From Thermoproteota archaeon (GTDB lineage: Archaea; Thermoproteota; Nitrososphaeria_A; Caldarchaeales; Calditenuaceae), in the NCBI GenBank assembly GCA_030550235.1, contig JAUQPU010000005.1:5910-29909 (forward strand): 24,000 nucleotides of DNA, given 5' to 3'. How positions within the stretch are numbered: the stretch's first letter is position 1; every line of letters starts with the position of its first letter. The position numbers were made by a program, and so were the translations under genes. The notes beneath the pieces are model-generated. The model ran no database searches and was not told the DNA's origin. It worked only from the letters and a program-made list of their open reading frames with translations. Positions 8,045 through 16,456 of this stretch are shown here, piece by piece.

Positions 8045-8184
8045 TTAGGTTGAATCGCCAACATTTAGGATATAAACATGTCGAGACTACAATGAACATC
8101 GTCTAAAACCTTAGAAGTTGCAAAGACAATGCCGACTCCCGACTCTTCCGTATTTACGTGTTAAACAAGGAAGGAGGAAGGTGA

Positions 8185-8217
8185 GGTGTGTGGAGCGTTT
8201 TAGCGTAGGCCACGCCC
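8185..8217 (-). other. 3' half of the pre-23S rRNA processing stem
   Basis: 8185-8197 GGTGTGTGGAGCG is the reverse complement of 12076-12089 (one extra T). 8205-8211 GTAGGCC is the exact reverse complement of 12062-12068. 8213-8216 pairs with 12057-12060. A helix / internal loop / helix layout like this is typical of archaeal bulge-helix-bulge processing stems. Confidence 0.7.
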
Positions 8218-8552
8218 GACCCTCTAAGCGGCTCGGGCGATTGGGAGTGGCACGCTGAGGGCGTCCGGCCTAAGCCTCCGCCCGTACACGCCCACCCCAT
8301 AAACCCCCTCTTCTAGGGGAGCCCTCGTCGGGGCCCAAGACCCGTTGCCGGGCCCTATAGGCCCCGATTGGCCGCCTATTTTTGGGAGTGGCTTCGGGCT
8401 TAGATGCTTTCAGCCCTTATCCACAGGGGCGCGGCTGCCCGGCGCCGCCCTGTAGGACGACCGGTAGACCGTTGGCCCCGGCCCTCCGTTCCTCTCGTAC
8501 TAGGAGGACCTTCCCCTCAGGCGGCCCGCACCCCCAGTAGGTAGAAACCGAT

Positions 8553-8595
<43 letters not shown>

Positions 8596-9290
8596 AGGCG
8601 AGCAGCCTCACCCTTGGCCCCTGCTGCGAGGCCAGGAGGGGAAGAGCCGACATCGAGGTACCAAGCCGCGGGGTCGATGGGGACTCTCGCCCGCGACGAG
8701 CCTGTTATCCCTGGGGTAACTTTTCTGACACCACCGGCCCCCACTGGTAGGAGCCGATGGATCGCTAGGCCCGGGTTTCCCCTCAGGACCCCTTGCTCTC
8801 CAGGGTCCTGTCAGGCCGGCTTATGCCCTTGCACTCTACAGCGGGTTTCTGTCCCGCCTGAGCCGACCTTAGGGCTCCTCCGATATCTTTTCGGAGGAGT
8901 GCCGCCCCAGCCAAACTGCCCACCAGCCGTTGTCCCAGGGTCAGGCCCTGGTTAGCGGGGCAGTCCGGAGTAGCCGGTGTTACATTGTCGCCTCCCCAGG
9001 CCCCCGGAGAAGCCTGGATTAACGGCTCCCGGCTACACTATGTACTCCAAACCGCTCCGCAGCAACTGGCTGCAGTAAAGCTCCACAGGGTCTTCTCTCC
9101 CCACTGGGGGTTCGTGGACTGTTCGCCCACGTTATGTGGGTTCACGGGGCTCCAGGCCGGGACAGCGGGGCCCTCGTTGATCCATTCATGCACGTCGGAA
9201 CTCACCCGACAAGGCATTTGGCTACCTTAAGCAACCCAGAATAAAGGGTTGGACCATATCTTCGCCCTTAAGCTCATCTCCGAATCACTT

Positions 9291-9833
9291 TTAGGGCGCC
9301 CGGCGTATGGTCTCTGAGGCGCCCACCCGCCTCTCAATCTCAGAGACTATCTCGCTCATACTATACTTTCTGTCAGATGATAGTTGATACGCCTTTTCAA
9401 TAAGCATCCTGAATCCCTCGGCGCTTTTATGTTCCTTCCTCTCTAATCCCTCAACTATTTCAGCGAAGTGTTTGAATTCGCTCCATTTGATTATTGGCTT
9501 ATGCTTTCTGAAGAATGGGATTATCTTCTCAACGAGGTTTCTTCGCGCATCTACAATATATTGGAGCATTGTGTCTTCCTGTCCTGGCTTAGGTATGATT
9601 CTTCCACAGTTAAATGTTCTCTTCAATATCTCAAGCACTACTCTCTTCTCAGCGCTTTGTGTCACATGGAATACGGGATCAATAACCCATCCAAACCGCG
9701 TATTGTCCTGTTTTTTAATCGATACTGAGAAACACCCTTCACCATCTACAAGGCCAACTATGTAGTAGTAGAGATACTTCCTTCTGCGAGGCAGTCGTTC
9801 CGGATCGACCAAGTCTCCGAACTCATTGAGCAA
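9291..9833 (-). CDS. LAGLIDADG homing endonuclease, single-motif (I-CreI/I-CeuI-like architecture), intron-encoded
   Basis: 180 aa with one clear LAGLIDADG motif, 'YYYIVGLVDGEGCFSVSI', followed by the typical 'KIIPFFRKHKPIIKWSEFKHFAEIV...KEHKSAEGFRMLIEKAYQL' region. I see no second motif. The start is TTG, and the ORF lies wholly inside the 23S intron. Confidence 0.9.
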   Translation of the reverse strand: MLNEFGDLVDPERLPRRRKYLYYYIVGLVDGEGCFSVSIKKQDNTRFGWVIDPVFHVTQSAEKRVVLEILKRTFNCGRIIPKPGQEDTMLQYIVDARRNLVEKIIPFFRKHKPIIKWSEFKHFAEIVEGLERKEHKSAEGFRMLIEKAYQLSSDRKYSMSEIVSEIERRVGASETIRRAP

Positions 9834-9864
9834 TCCTTGCTACACCACGTAATCCTCTGTATTG

Positions 9865-9878
9865 ACTCTTTAAAGAGT
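9865..9878. repeat. perfect 14-nt palindrome ACTCTTTAAAGAGT inside the intron, 32-45 nt upstream of the endonuclease start
   Basis: Read directly. It could form an RNA hairpin in the intron, or, because its core is TTTAAA, act as a TATA-like internal promoter for the endonuclease ORF. Confidence 0.6.
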
Positions 9879-11792
9879 TAAGGCGGGTGGTTCCCTGCGG
9901 GTCGGTGTCATCCGGTCAACCTTTATTCCTTGCTCAGGAGGCTGACCAGTCCATCCTTCCCCGCATATAGCCGGGTTTAATGACCCCCTAACTCGAGGGT
10001 CAGAGTTACCCCCGGCGCTAACCGGCCCTTATCCCGGTTGGACCCAGGGTTCAGGTACCGGTGCTGGCCAGGATTGAGGAGCCGTTCAAAGCCTTTCGGC
10101 CTCGCGGCTCCCTATGTTTTTATTAAACAGTCGGGACCCCCCTGTCACTGCGACCTACCAACCCACCCTCACCGGGCAGGAAGGCAGGCACCCCTTCACC
10201 CGAAGTGACGGGGCCAATTTGCCGAGTTCCCTAGCCTGGAGTAACCCCAGACGCCTTGGCCTTCTCAGCCAGGGGCACCTGTGTCGGATCTAGGTACGGT
10301 CTCCTGGAATCGTTCCGGGCTCCCTTTTCACTGGCCCCAGGATCCAGCCGAAGCGGCCTTAAGGCCGCCCCATCCCTCCATTCACCTGGTTCTCGCCATT
10401 ACGGCTCTCCCCAGGCTTGGGAGGTTAGACAGGGCTACGGCCCTGCTCGGCCTTACCCGAGGCGTCAGGAGCCCGGCCTGCGTCGCCGCATCTATCCAGG
10501 AGGCACCGGAATCTTAACCGGTTTCCCCTTCGGCCTACCCGGTTAAGGTCGGCCTTAGGACCGGCTTACTCCCGGCTGACGACGCATTGCCGGGAAACCC
10601 GTGCCCTTCCGGCGGAGGGGATTCCCACCCCTCTTCGCTGTCTACTACCACCGGGATCTACATTAGCGGCCGGTCCACGGGACCTCACGGCCCCGCTTCT
10701 ACCCAACCGCTACGCCCCCCTACCCCCACCCATGCACTGCATGGGTGAGCCCGGGTTTCGGCGGCCCGCTTAGACCCGTCAATTTTCGGGGCCCCCACCC
10801 TCGGCGGGTAAGCTGTTACGCACTTCTTAGCCGATGGCTGCTTCTAAGCCTACGGCCCCGCTGTCTCAGGGTGAAGACGCCCTTCAGTTTGTCACTTAGC
10901 GGGCACTTAGGGGCCTTAACCCGCGGTCTGGGTTGTTCCCCTCTCGGTCCCGGAGCTTACCCCCGGTACCCCACTCCTGGGATCTACGGCGCCCGCGGAT
11001 TCGGAGTTCGAAAGGAGAGTGGAGCCTCATCGGCCCCTTGCTCCCCCATCGGTGCTCTACCCCGCGGGCAACCTCCCCCAGGGCTGTCCTGCGAGACACT
11101 TCGGGGGGAACTAGCTATCACCGGGCTCGATTAGCTTTTAACCCCTAGCCCCAGGTCAGGGGACCGATTTGCACATCAAGACCCCTATTCGGGCCTCCAC
11201 CAGGGTTTCCCCTGGCTTCGCCCTGCCCAGGGCTAGATCGCCCGGTTTCTAGCCTCACGGGCGTGACTACAGGCCCTTTCGGACCCCGCCCCTCACCAGA
11301 GCCTATAGCCTGGCTGCGGGCAAGTCGGTTTCCCCACGCCTACGGGCTTTCAGCCCTTAGGCTCGCCACACCCGTGAACTCCCCGGCCCGTGATTCAAGA
11401 CGGAGTGCACGACCTTGGGATTGTCCCCACTCGCCCTTGCGGGGCTTCGCAGGGAGTTCCCTTTCAGGCCGTGCTCGTCTGTTACCAGCCGGTTTCAGGC
11501 GCTTTTCACCCCCCTCTCGGGGTACTTTTCACCTTTGGCTCACGCTACTGGTCCGCTATCGGTCTTGGGACGTATTTAGCCTTGGAGGCCAGTGGCCCCC
11601 AACTTCCCACACCATATCCGAGGTGCGGTACTCTGGGACATGGGGCATCGTCCCTCCAGCCTTCGCCTACGGGGCTATCACCCTCTACGGCCCCCCATTC
11701 CAGGGGAGTTCGGCTCAGCCTTCAGAACGGACCCCCAGCCCATAACCCCACATTCCCCGTGAGTTAACCCCACGGGGTTCGGTTTGGGCTTC

Positions 11793-11826
<34 letters not shown>

Positions 11827-12055
11827 ATTTGATTTCTTCTCCTCCCCCTACTTGGATGCTTCCGTTCGGGGGGTTCCCGATCCCAGGCTTAAGGCCCGGG
11901 AACGAGGTGGCCGAAGCCACCCCAGGAAATCCCATTAGGAGATCCCCGGATCGACGCCTGCCTGCGGCTACCCGGGGCTTATCGCAGCTTGCCACGTCCT
12001 TCTTCAGCGCCCAAGCCGAGGCATCCACCGGCTGGCGTACCCCCGCTTAGTGCCA

Positions 12056-12089
12056 AGGCGCGGCCTACTTCGCCACGCTCCAACACACC
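12056..12089 (-). other. 5' half of the pre-23S rRNA processing stem
   Basis: Complementary to 8185-8217; see the entry for the 3' half. Confidence 0.7.
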
Positions 12090-12201
12090 TCTGCAACGCG
12101 GTCATAGGAAATTCCAAGCCTCCCTCCCGCATTCATGCCCCCCAGTCTTTACTGCTGAGGAGCAAACATCGCTGGACGCAATAAATTGTAAGTGGCTGTT
12201 G

Positions 12202-12209
12202 CTTATAAA
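12202..12209 (-). promoter_or_regulatory. TATA box (TTTATAAG on the minus strand) of a stand-alone 23S rRNA promoter
   Basis: rc(12202-12209)=TTTATAAG. It lies 18-25 nt downstream of the stop codon of the preceding minus-strand CDS (12227-12229) and ~115 nt upstream of the processing stem. A second AT-rich box, rc(12181-12188)=CAATTTAT, is an alternative. Confidence 0.5.
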
Positions 12210-12226
12210 TCTATACCTGCTCTAAG

Positions 12227-13642
12227 CTAATCTGTAATTAGTACTCTGAGCTCCTCTATCTCGTCTTGGAACTTCGCCCTGAGTTTTTCAACCAGGTTGA
12301 CCCCGTTAATCTGTACGCGCCCCTTGAGGATTATGTCAACGTCTCCGTAGACCTCGTCTATGTAGTCTATCTCCTCCCATGTGGCGAGATCCTGAACCAG
12401 CTCCGAAGCGTCTGCCTGGGGTCGGAGCTTGAGTAGGACGTAGGCCCGCTCCTCGCCGAAGAATCGTCTAATAAGGTCCTCCTTAACCTCGCGACCTAGA
12501 GCCTCGCTCAGATACTGTGCAAGCTCTCTCGGTGAGCCTTTTCTGCCAGTTGTCACAACTCTCTTGATGATCTCCTCAACTATTCTTCTTGCATCGACCT
12601 CGTTTAAATCATGGCCGTTCAGCTTCGCTATCTCTATTATCAGCTTGTGGCTCATGTATGGGGTCACGGCATATTTCACGGCATCCATGTCGTATTCCAG
12701 CTTCTTCTTGGGCATGTATCCCTCCGGCTTCTTGATGACCATTGACTGGTGGACACCTGCCCTAATTGTCTTCGCCTCCTCGGAAAGTGGGTGACGCCAG
12801 GGGATCTGCACCCCCGTGAGTCTGGAGAACTCGCGATAAATCCTCGCAAGCTCCTCCCGCCTCACACCCAAGTCATAGCCATGAACATCTTGAAGCGGCG
12901 CAACAACTTCGTATAGGTCTGCTATCCCATTCCTATCGCCGATGCCGAGGATGGTGACGTGTGCTTCAGAAGCTCCAGCTAGGATGGACTCGATAGTGTT
13001 TGCGGATGCGAAGCCGTAGTCATTGTGGAAGTGTGTAGCGATGGGTAGGTGGCTCCTTTCTATGCAATATTTCGTGAACTCTCTGGCCTCTCTCGGGGTC
13101 ATGAGCCCCGCCGTATCTGGCATGCTTACAAGCGTCGCGCCCGCAGACCTAAGCTCGCTTGTGAACTTGAGATAGTCGTCGAGGATATCGAAGCGACGCT
13201 CATTGAATAGTCGGGACGCATCCTCATAGGTTACTCGGACATATTCTAGCCCCAGCGGCTTGACGAGCTCGACAGCCTCCAGCATCCTTGACTTAGCATC
13301 CTCATAGTTAATTCCCCCCAGCTTGTAGTCTAGATGTATCTGCGAGACGGCGAAGTAAGCGGCGACGCCGTCCAGGTCGTACCTGCTCATCGCCTCGACA
13401 TCCCTCCTGAACGCCCTCCCATGCATAACGACTTGAACCCCCCTATCTCTCAGAAAGTTAACCAACTTGACGTTATCCTCGAAGGATGTTCTGGGCGGGT
13501 AGTCGACCGTCACCTCAACCCTCCTGATCCCAGCCTCTACAAGCAGCTCCGCAACCCGGAGCCTCTTCTTAAGGGGAAGGACCTTGAAAAGCTCGCCCTC
13601 CCTGAGGGTTGAGTCTAGGAGCACGCACGGCAAGGTTGTCAC
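12227..13642 (-). CDS. homocitrate synthase / 2-isopropylmalate synthase / citramalate synthase family (DRE-TIM metallolyase) with a C-terminal RAM (AsnC/Lrp ligand-binding-like) domain
   Basis: N-terminal 'LLDSTLREGE' and 'HFHNDYGFASANT' are the two metal/substrate signatures of the HMGL-like family. The C-terminal ~75 aa, 'AYVLLKLRPQADASELVQDLATWEEIDYIDEVYGDVDIILKGRV...LVEKLRAKF..IEELRVLI', fits the RAM/AsnC fold pattern. GTG start at 13642, with the AT-rich box rc(13656-13667)=TTTTATATTATA upstream. Confidence 0.85.
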   Translation of the reverse strand: MTTLPCVLLDSTLREGELFKVLPLKKRLRVAELLVEAGIRRVEVTVDYPPRTSFEDNVKLVNFLRDRGVQVVMHGRAFRRDVEAMSRYDLDGVAAYFAVSQIHLDYKLGGINYEDAKSRMLEAVELVKPLGLEYVRVTYEDASRLFNERRFDILDDYLKFTSELRSAGATLVSMPDTAGLMTPREAREFTKYCIERSHLPIATHFHNDYGFASANTIESILAGASEAHVTILGIGDRNGIADLYEVVAPLQDVHGYDLGVRREELARIYREFSRLTGVQIPWRHPLSEEAKTIRAGVHQSMVIKKPEGYMPKKKLEYDMDAVKYAVTPYMSHKLIIEIAKLNGHDLNEVDARRIVEEIIKRVVTTGRKGSPRELAQYLSEALGREVKEDLIRRFFGEERAYVLLKLRPQADASELVQDLATWEEIDYIDEVYGDVDIILKGRVQINGVNLVEKLRAKFQDEIEELRVLITD

Positions 13643-13747
13643 TTATTAGTTAGACTATAATATAAAACTTATTCGACAAATGCCTACCTAGTTTTCCATA
13701 TCCCTTAAACCTTTAAAGCTTGAGAAAACCCCTCGTCAACCGCCAAT

Positions 13748-14056
13748 ATGATAAACAGGCTGGAGACTTTCCCCACAAACTTATATCTCCTTGGACGTGT
13801 CTCCTTCTCCTTGAGTGGGATGCGCCCCTCCAGGCTAATAGGGTATCTAATGATAATCCTCTCTCCGCTGGGCTTCGCCTTCTATACACTCTGGTTCTTT
13901 AACCTGCTACCAGGACTGGACCCTGATCTAGTTGTTAAATCGACGATTTATCTCCTAGCGCTATTCTTCTTCGGCGTAGTAGGGGTCCTAGGATACTTGG
14001 TTATTACTGCGCCTAGGCCTAAGGAATCCGTCAGAGGTGGCTCGGAACATGCCTAA
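13748..14056 (+). CDS. small membrane protein (2 TM helices), function unknown
   Basis: 102-aa ORF with two hydrophobic helices (LIGYLMIILSPLGFAFYTLWFF, IYLLALFFFGVVGVLGYLVI). TATA-like TTTAAAG (13712-13718) lies ~30 nt upstream of ATG 13748. Its stop overlaps the next gene's ATG (ATGCCTAA, 14049-14056). Confidence 0.5.
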   Translation: MINRLETFPTNLYLLGRVSFSLSGMRPSRLIGYLMIILSPLGFAFYTLWFFNLLPGLDPDLVVKSTIYLLALFFFGVVGVLGYLVITAPRPKESVRGGSEHA

Positions 14057-14891
14057 GAGATACCCCGCTGTTGCTGGATATTTCTATGAATCAGAACCCT
14101 CAAGGCTTAGGAGGCAGATCGAGCAGTGCTTCACCTCAACACATGGGCCGGGTGGTATGCCATCTAAGGGTGGCTCAGAGCCACCCATGGCCCTCATCTC
14201 ACCCCATGCGGGATACATGTACTCGGGGCCTGTTGCGGCACACGGTTACCATCTAGCCTCGCGAGGGCCTATACCGGGGACGGTTGTAGTGGTTGGTCCG
14301 AACCATCACGGGGAGGGGACAGAGGTCTCAATCTACCCGCTGGGACAGTGGGTTACGCCTCTAGGCGAGGTCGAGATAGATTCTGAGCTTTCGAGAAGAC
14401 TGATAGAGGAGAGTGACCTGATATCTATGGATGAGCTTAGCCACGTTTACGAGCACTCGATAGAGGTTCAGTTGCCCTTCCTCCAATATGTCTTCGGGCG
14501 CATAAGATTGGTGCCTATCTGTATGCTTAACCAGTCAATTGAGTCCGCCCAGCACGTGGGCGAGGTACTAGCTAAAGCCATCGAGAGGCCCGAGGAGTAT
14601 CTAATCGTTGCGAGTTCCGACTTCACACACTACGAGCCCCATGATGAGGCCGTCAGGAGGGATAGGCCTGTCATCGAGAAGATACTGGAGCTAGACGTAG
14701 AGGGTTTCTATACGGAGATGCGGGACAGGGGGGCAACACTCTGCGGATATGGCGCGGTAGGTGCTATAATGTGGTATGCGAGGCTTAAGGGATATACTAA
14801 ACCTCGACTCCTAAAATACGCGACAAGCGGAGACACGAGCGGCGACAGGTCGTCAGTTGTCGGCTACGCCTCGATAGCCTTCCTGCGTTGA
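14049..14891 (+). CDS. MEMO1-family protein (AmmeMemoRadiSam system protein B)
   Basis: 'YPAVAGYFY', 'ISPHAGYMYSG', 'VVVVGPNHHG', 'EHSIEVQLPFLQY', 'SSDFTHYEP', 'LCGYGAV' and 'YATSGDTSGDRSSVVGYASIAF' are the characteristic MEMO/UPF0103 blocks. ATG 14049 is preceded by the SD-like GAGGTGG (14034-14040). The ORF is also open from GTG 14037. Confidence 0.9.
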   Translation: MPKRYPAVAGYFYESEPSRLRRQIEQCFTSTHGPGGMPSKGGSEPPMALISPHAGYMYSGPVAAHGYHLASRGPIPGTVVVVGPNHHGEGTEVSIYPLGQWVTPLGEVEIDSELSRRLIEESDLISMDELSHVYEHSIEVQLPFLQYVFGRIRLVPICMLNQSIESAQHVGEVLAKAIERPEEYLIVASSDFTHYEPHDEAVRRDRPVIEKILELDVEGFYTEMRDRGATLCGYGAVGAIMWYARLKGYTKPRLLKYATSGDTSGDRSSVVGYASIAFLR

Positions 14892-14899
14892 TGAACTCC

Positions 14900-16291
14900 T
14901 CACTGGTTATATTTCTTATGTTGCTCGTCGGAGTATTCCCAATACTTGAGGATAATAGGGCACCACTCCTTCTCTGGACAGTAGCCTAGGTGTTTACACT
15001 TCTCACCCATAGCATCCCTCAGCCAGGGAGCAGCTTTCTCCACCTCCCTCCAGAGCCTATACGCTATCGCCCGCTCCTCCCACTGGGCCGCGCTACACGT
15101 CCTAGTGGCCAGGAACCCCATAGGACTTAAGAGATTGAATAGATTATAGCTCCTGATGACCCTGATCTTTAAAGAGTTTGGAAGCGCGTAGAGTGCAGCT
15201 GACACTTCTCCCCCCGACATGAGTGACGAGTAGAGGTCGCCCAGCTCTTCACAGGCCTCGATAAATCTCTGTGATAGCGTCTGGCGCGACCTAATCGATG
15301 GTGGAATGACAATACTCTCCTCAGGCCTACTTAACCATCTCTCGGCCGCTTCATATAGAGACTCTACAACTGTTGGTACTGTCCTGTGTCTTATAGCCTG
15401 GTGATACGCGGCTAGTGAAAGAGACTCGATGGTCAAGGCCCTTAGAAGGGGTGCTGCCTGCTCAGCCACCACACCTTCAAGACCCAGCCCCTCAAACCCT
15501 CTTGGATAATCTATGGAGAGGAGCTCCGCCTCCCCAGATGGCCTATCGCCGCCGAGACGCTGAACCAGCCCGTCTCCCTGCCTAAGAGGGTCTGTAACCG
15601 GGTAGTATCCCCAACGCGCCTTGAAGCTGAGCCTAGAGTCCAAGAGTAGTGGTGCACTCCTCTTCGCGGCTTCGAGAATCTTTCCGACAAGCGTTTTAAG
15701 CTCCTGGGTAACTACCCCTAAGCCCTGCTCGACCTTTCGCATAATGTATACGTGGGACTCAAGTGGTAGTGTTGCGTAGAGTGAGGTTGCGGCGGAGAGT
15801 GGCAGCAGATAGCGGGAATCCTCCAGATGGACTCCCTCCTCACAGAGCCTCCTATACGCGTTAAAGCACTTATCCATCACTCTCGAATACTTGTGCTCGA
15901 GATCCTTGCCCCTAAGCTCCGCGGGGATCAGAAGCCTCTCCCTAGTCAGGGCCGACCTCCTCTGACTCTCTTGTAGATAGCTGCCGAAGATAGGGGCCAC
16001 GAGAAGCATGGATATCAGGCGGCTACAGTTGGAGACCTCCCAGAACATGACCATGGAGGTGGCTAGGGATGCGTGCCCCCTGCGTGTCGACTCCCTGTGG
16101 ACCTTAGATGCTAGTTTGGAGAGCTCCTTCCCCCTAGAGAGGGCGTCAGAGACCCTCTCCCTAATATTCACACCCTGAAAAGTGCCTAGGCCCTCGACGG
16201 CGATAACCTCGTCCGGCCCAAGCTCCAGCCGGTCCTCCCTATAGAAAGGGCCCACAGAGAGCAAATCTAAGACAAGCTCGTCAGTATACAT
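14900..16291 (-). CDS. tandem (internally duplicated) ThyX-like protein, FAD-dependent thymidylate synthase family, with a C-terminal Cys-x5-Cys-x5-Cys tail
   Basis: Half 1 (aa ~70-190) has 'GHASLATSMVMFWEV', then 'VAPIFGSYLQESQRRS' at nt 15953-16000 (S..S.R kept, RHR lost), then 'EDSRYLLPL'. Half 2 (aa ~285-430) has 'AIRHRTVPTVVES' (RHR at nt 15383-15391) and 'RTCSAAQWEERAIAYRLWREVEKAAPW', comparable to ThyX 'R..SHAQWEI...A......CPW'. Cys432/438/444 are at nt 14960-14998. Confidence 0.7.
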   Translation of the reverse strand: MYTDELVLDLLSVGPFYREDRLELGPDEVIAVEGLGTFQGVNIRERVSDALSRGKELSKLASKVHRESTRRGHASLATSMVMFWEVSNCSRLISMLLVAPIFGSYLQESQRRSALTRERLLIPAELRGKDLEHKYSRVMDKCFNAYRRLCEEGVHLEDSRYLLPLSAATSLYATLPLESHVYIMRKVEQGLGVVTQELKTLVGKILEAAKRSAPLLLDSRLSFKARWGYYPVTDPLRQGDGLVQRLGGDRPSGEAELLSIDYPRGFEGLGLEGVVAEQAAPLLRALTIESLSLAAYHQAIRHRTVPTVVESLYEAAERWLSRPEESIVIPPSIRSRQTLSQRFIEACEELGDLYSSLMSGGEVSAALYALPNSLKIRVIRSYNLFNLLSPMGFLATRTCSAAQWEERAIAYRLWREVEKAAPWLRDAMGEKCKHLGYCPEKEWCPIILKYWEYSDEQHKKYNQ

Positions 16292-16298
16292 GCCTCAC

Positions 16299-16314
16299 CC
16301 GCCAGCCAGATTCT
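16299..16314. repeat. copy 1 of an exact 16-bp direct repeat CCGCCAGCCAGATTCT (candidate operator)
   Basis: Read directly. It begins 8 nt upstream of the ThyX-like ATG (16291), between that start and the TATA-like box rc(16327-16333)=ATTTAAT. Confidence 0.85.
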
Positions 16315-16346
16315 GTCACCGTCCCCATTAAATCATACCTCTCTAA

Positions 16347-16362
16347 CCGCCAGCCAGATTCT
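16347..16362. repeat. copy 2 of the exact 16-bp direct repeat CCGCCAGCCAGATTCT
   Basis: It sits 48 bp from copy 1, start to start, on the other side of the TATA-like box. Confidence 0.85.
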
Positions 16363-16456
16363 TCCGGCATCTACCTCAGGTCCCCCGGATCTTCTCTTTA
16401 GATGAGGGGTGCCAAACATGGTTAATATCAAGTGGGTCTACGTGCTTCTGTAGGGC

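Larger units (their letters stand above)
9231..9994 (-). mobile_element. archaeal-type rRNA intron (~764 nt) in the 23S gene, carrying a homing-endonuclease ORF
   Basis: Conserved exon sequence ...GGGGGUAACUCUGACCCUC stops at 9995 and resumes as UUAAGGUAGCCAAAUGCC at 9230. The boundary is ambiguous by 1 nt because of a shared C. The insert is AT-richer (hand count for 9401-9460 is 26/60 G+C) and contains the LAGLIDADG ORF. The intron ends show by-eye complementarity: GGGUCAU (9980-9986) with AUGGUCC (9251-9257). Confidence 0.85.

Noticed and set aside
8045-8184. A possible 5S rRNA, tRNA or other small RNA in the 140 bp between the 23S 3' flank and the MFS gene start.
   Set aside because: There are no tRNA-like T-arm or acceptor complementarities and no 5S-like conserved helices. 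The region is AT-richer and contains the MFS TATA-like box. Only a weak T4 run (rc of 8103-8110) could serve 23S termination.
9258-9275. A second 'CUUAAGG' inside the intron (GAGCUUAAGGGCGAAG) resembling the exon-2 start CUUAAGGUAGCC, which could be an alternative 3' splice site or a target-site duplication.
   Set aside because: The similarity stops after 7-8 nt, and using it would delete conserved exon sequence. It is more plausibly one strand of an intron helix pairing with 9875-9885.
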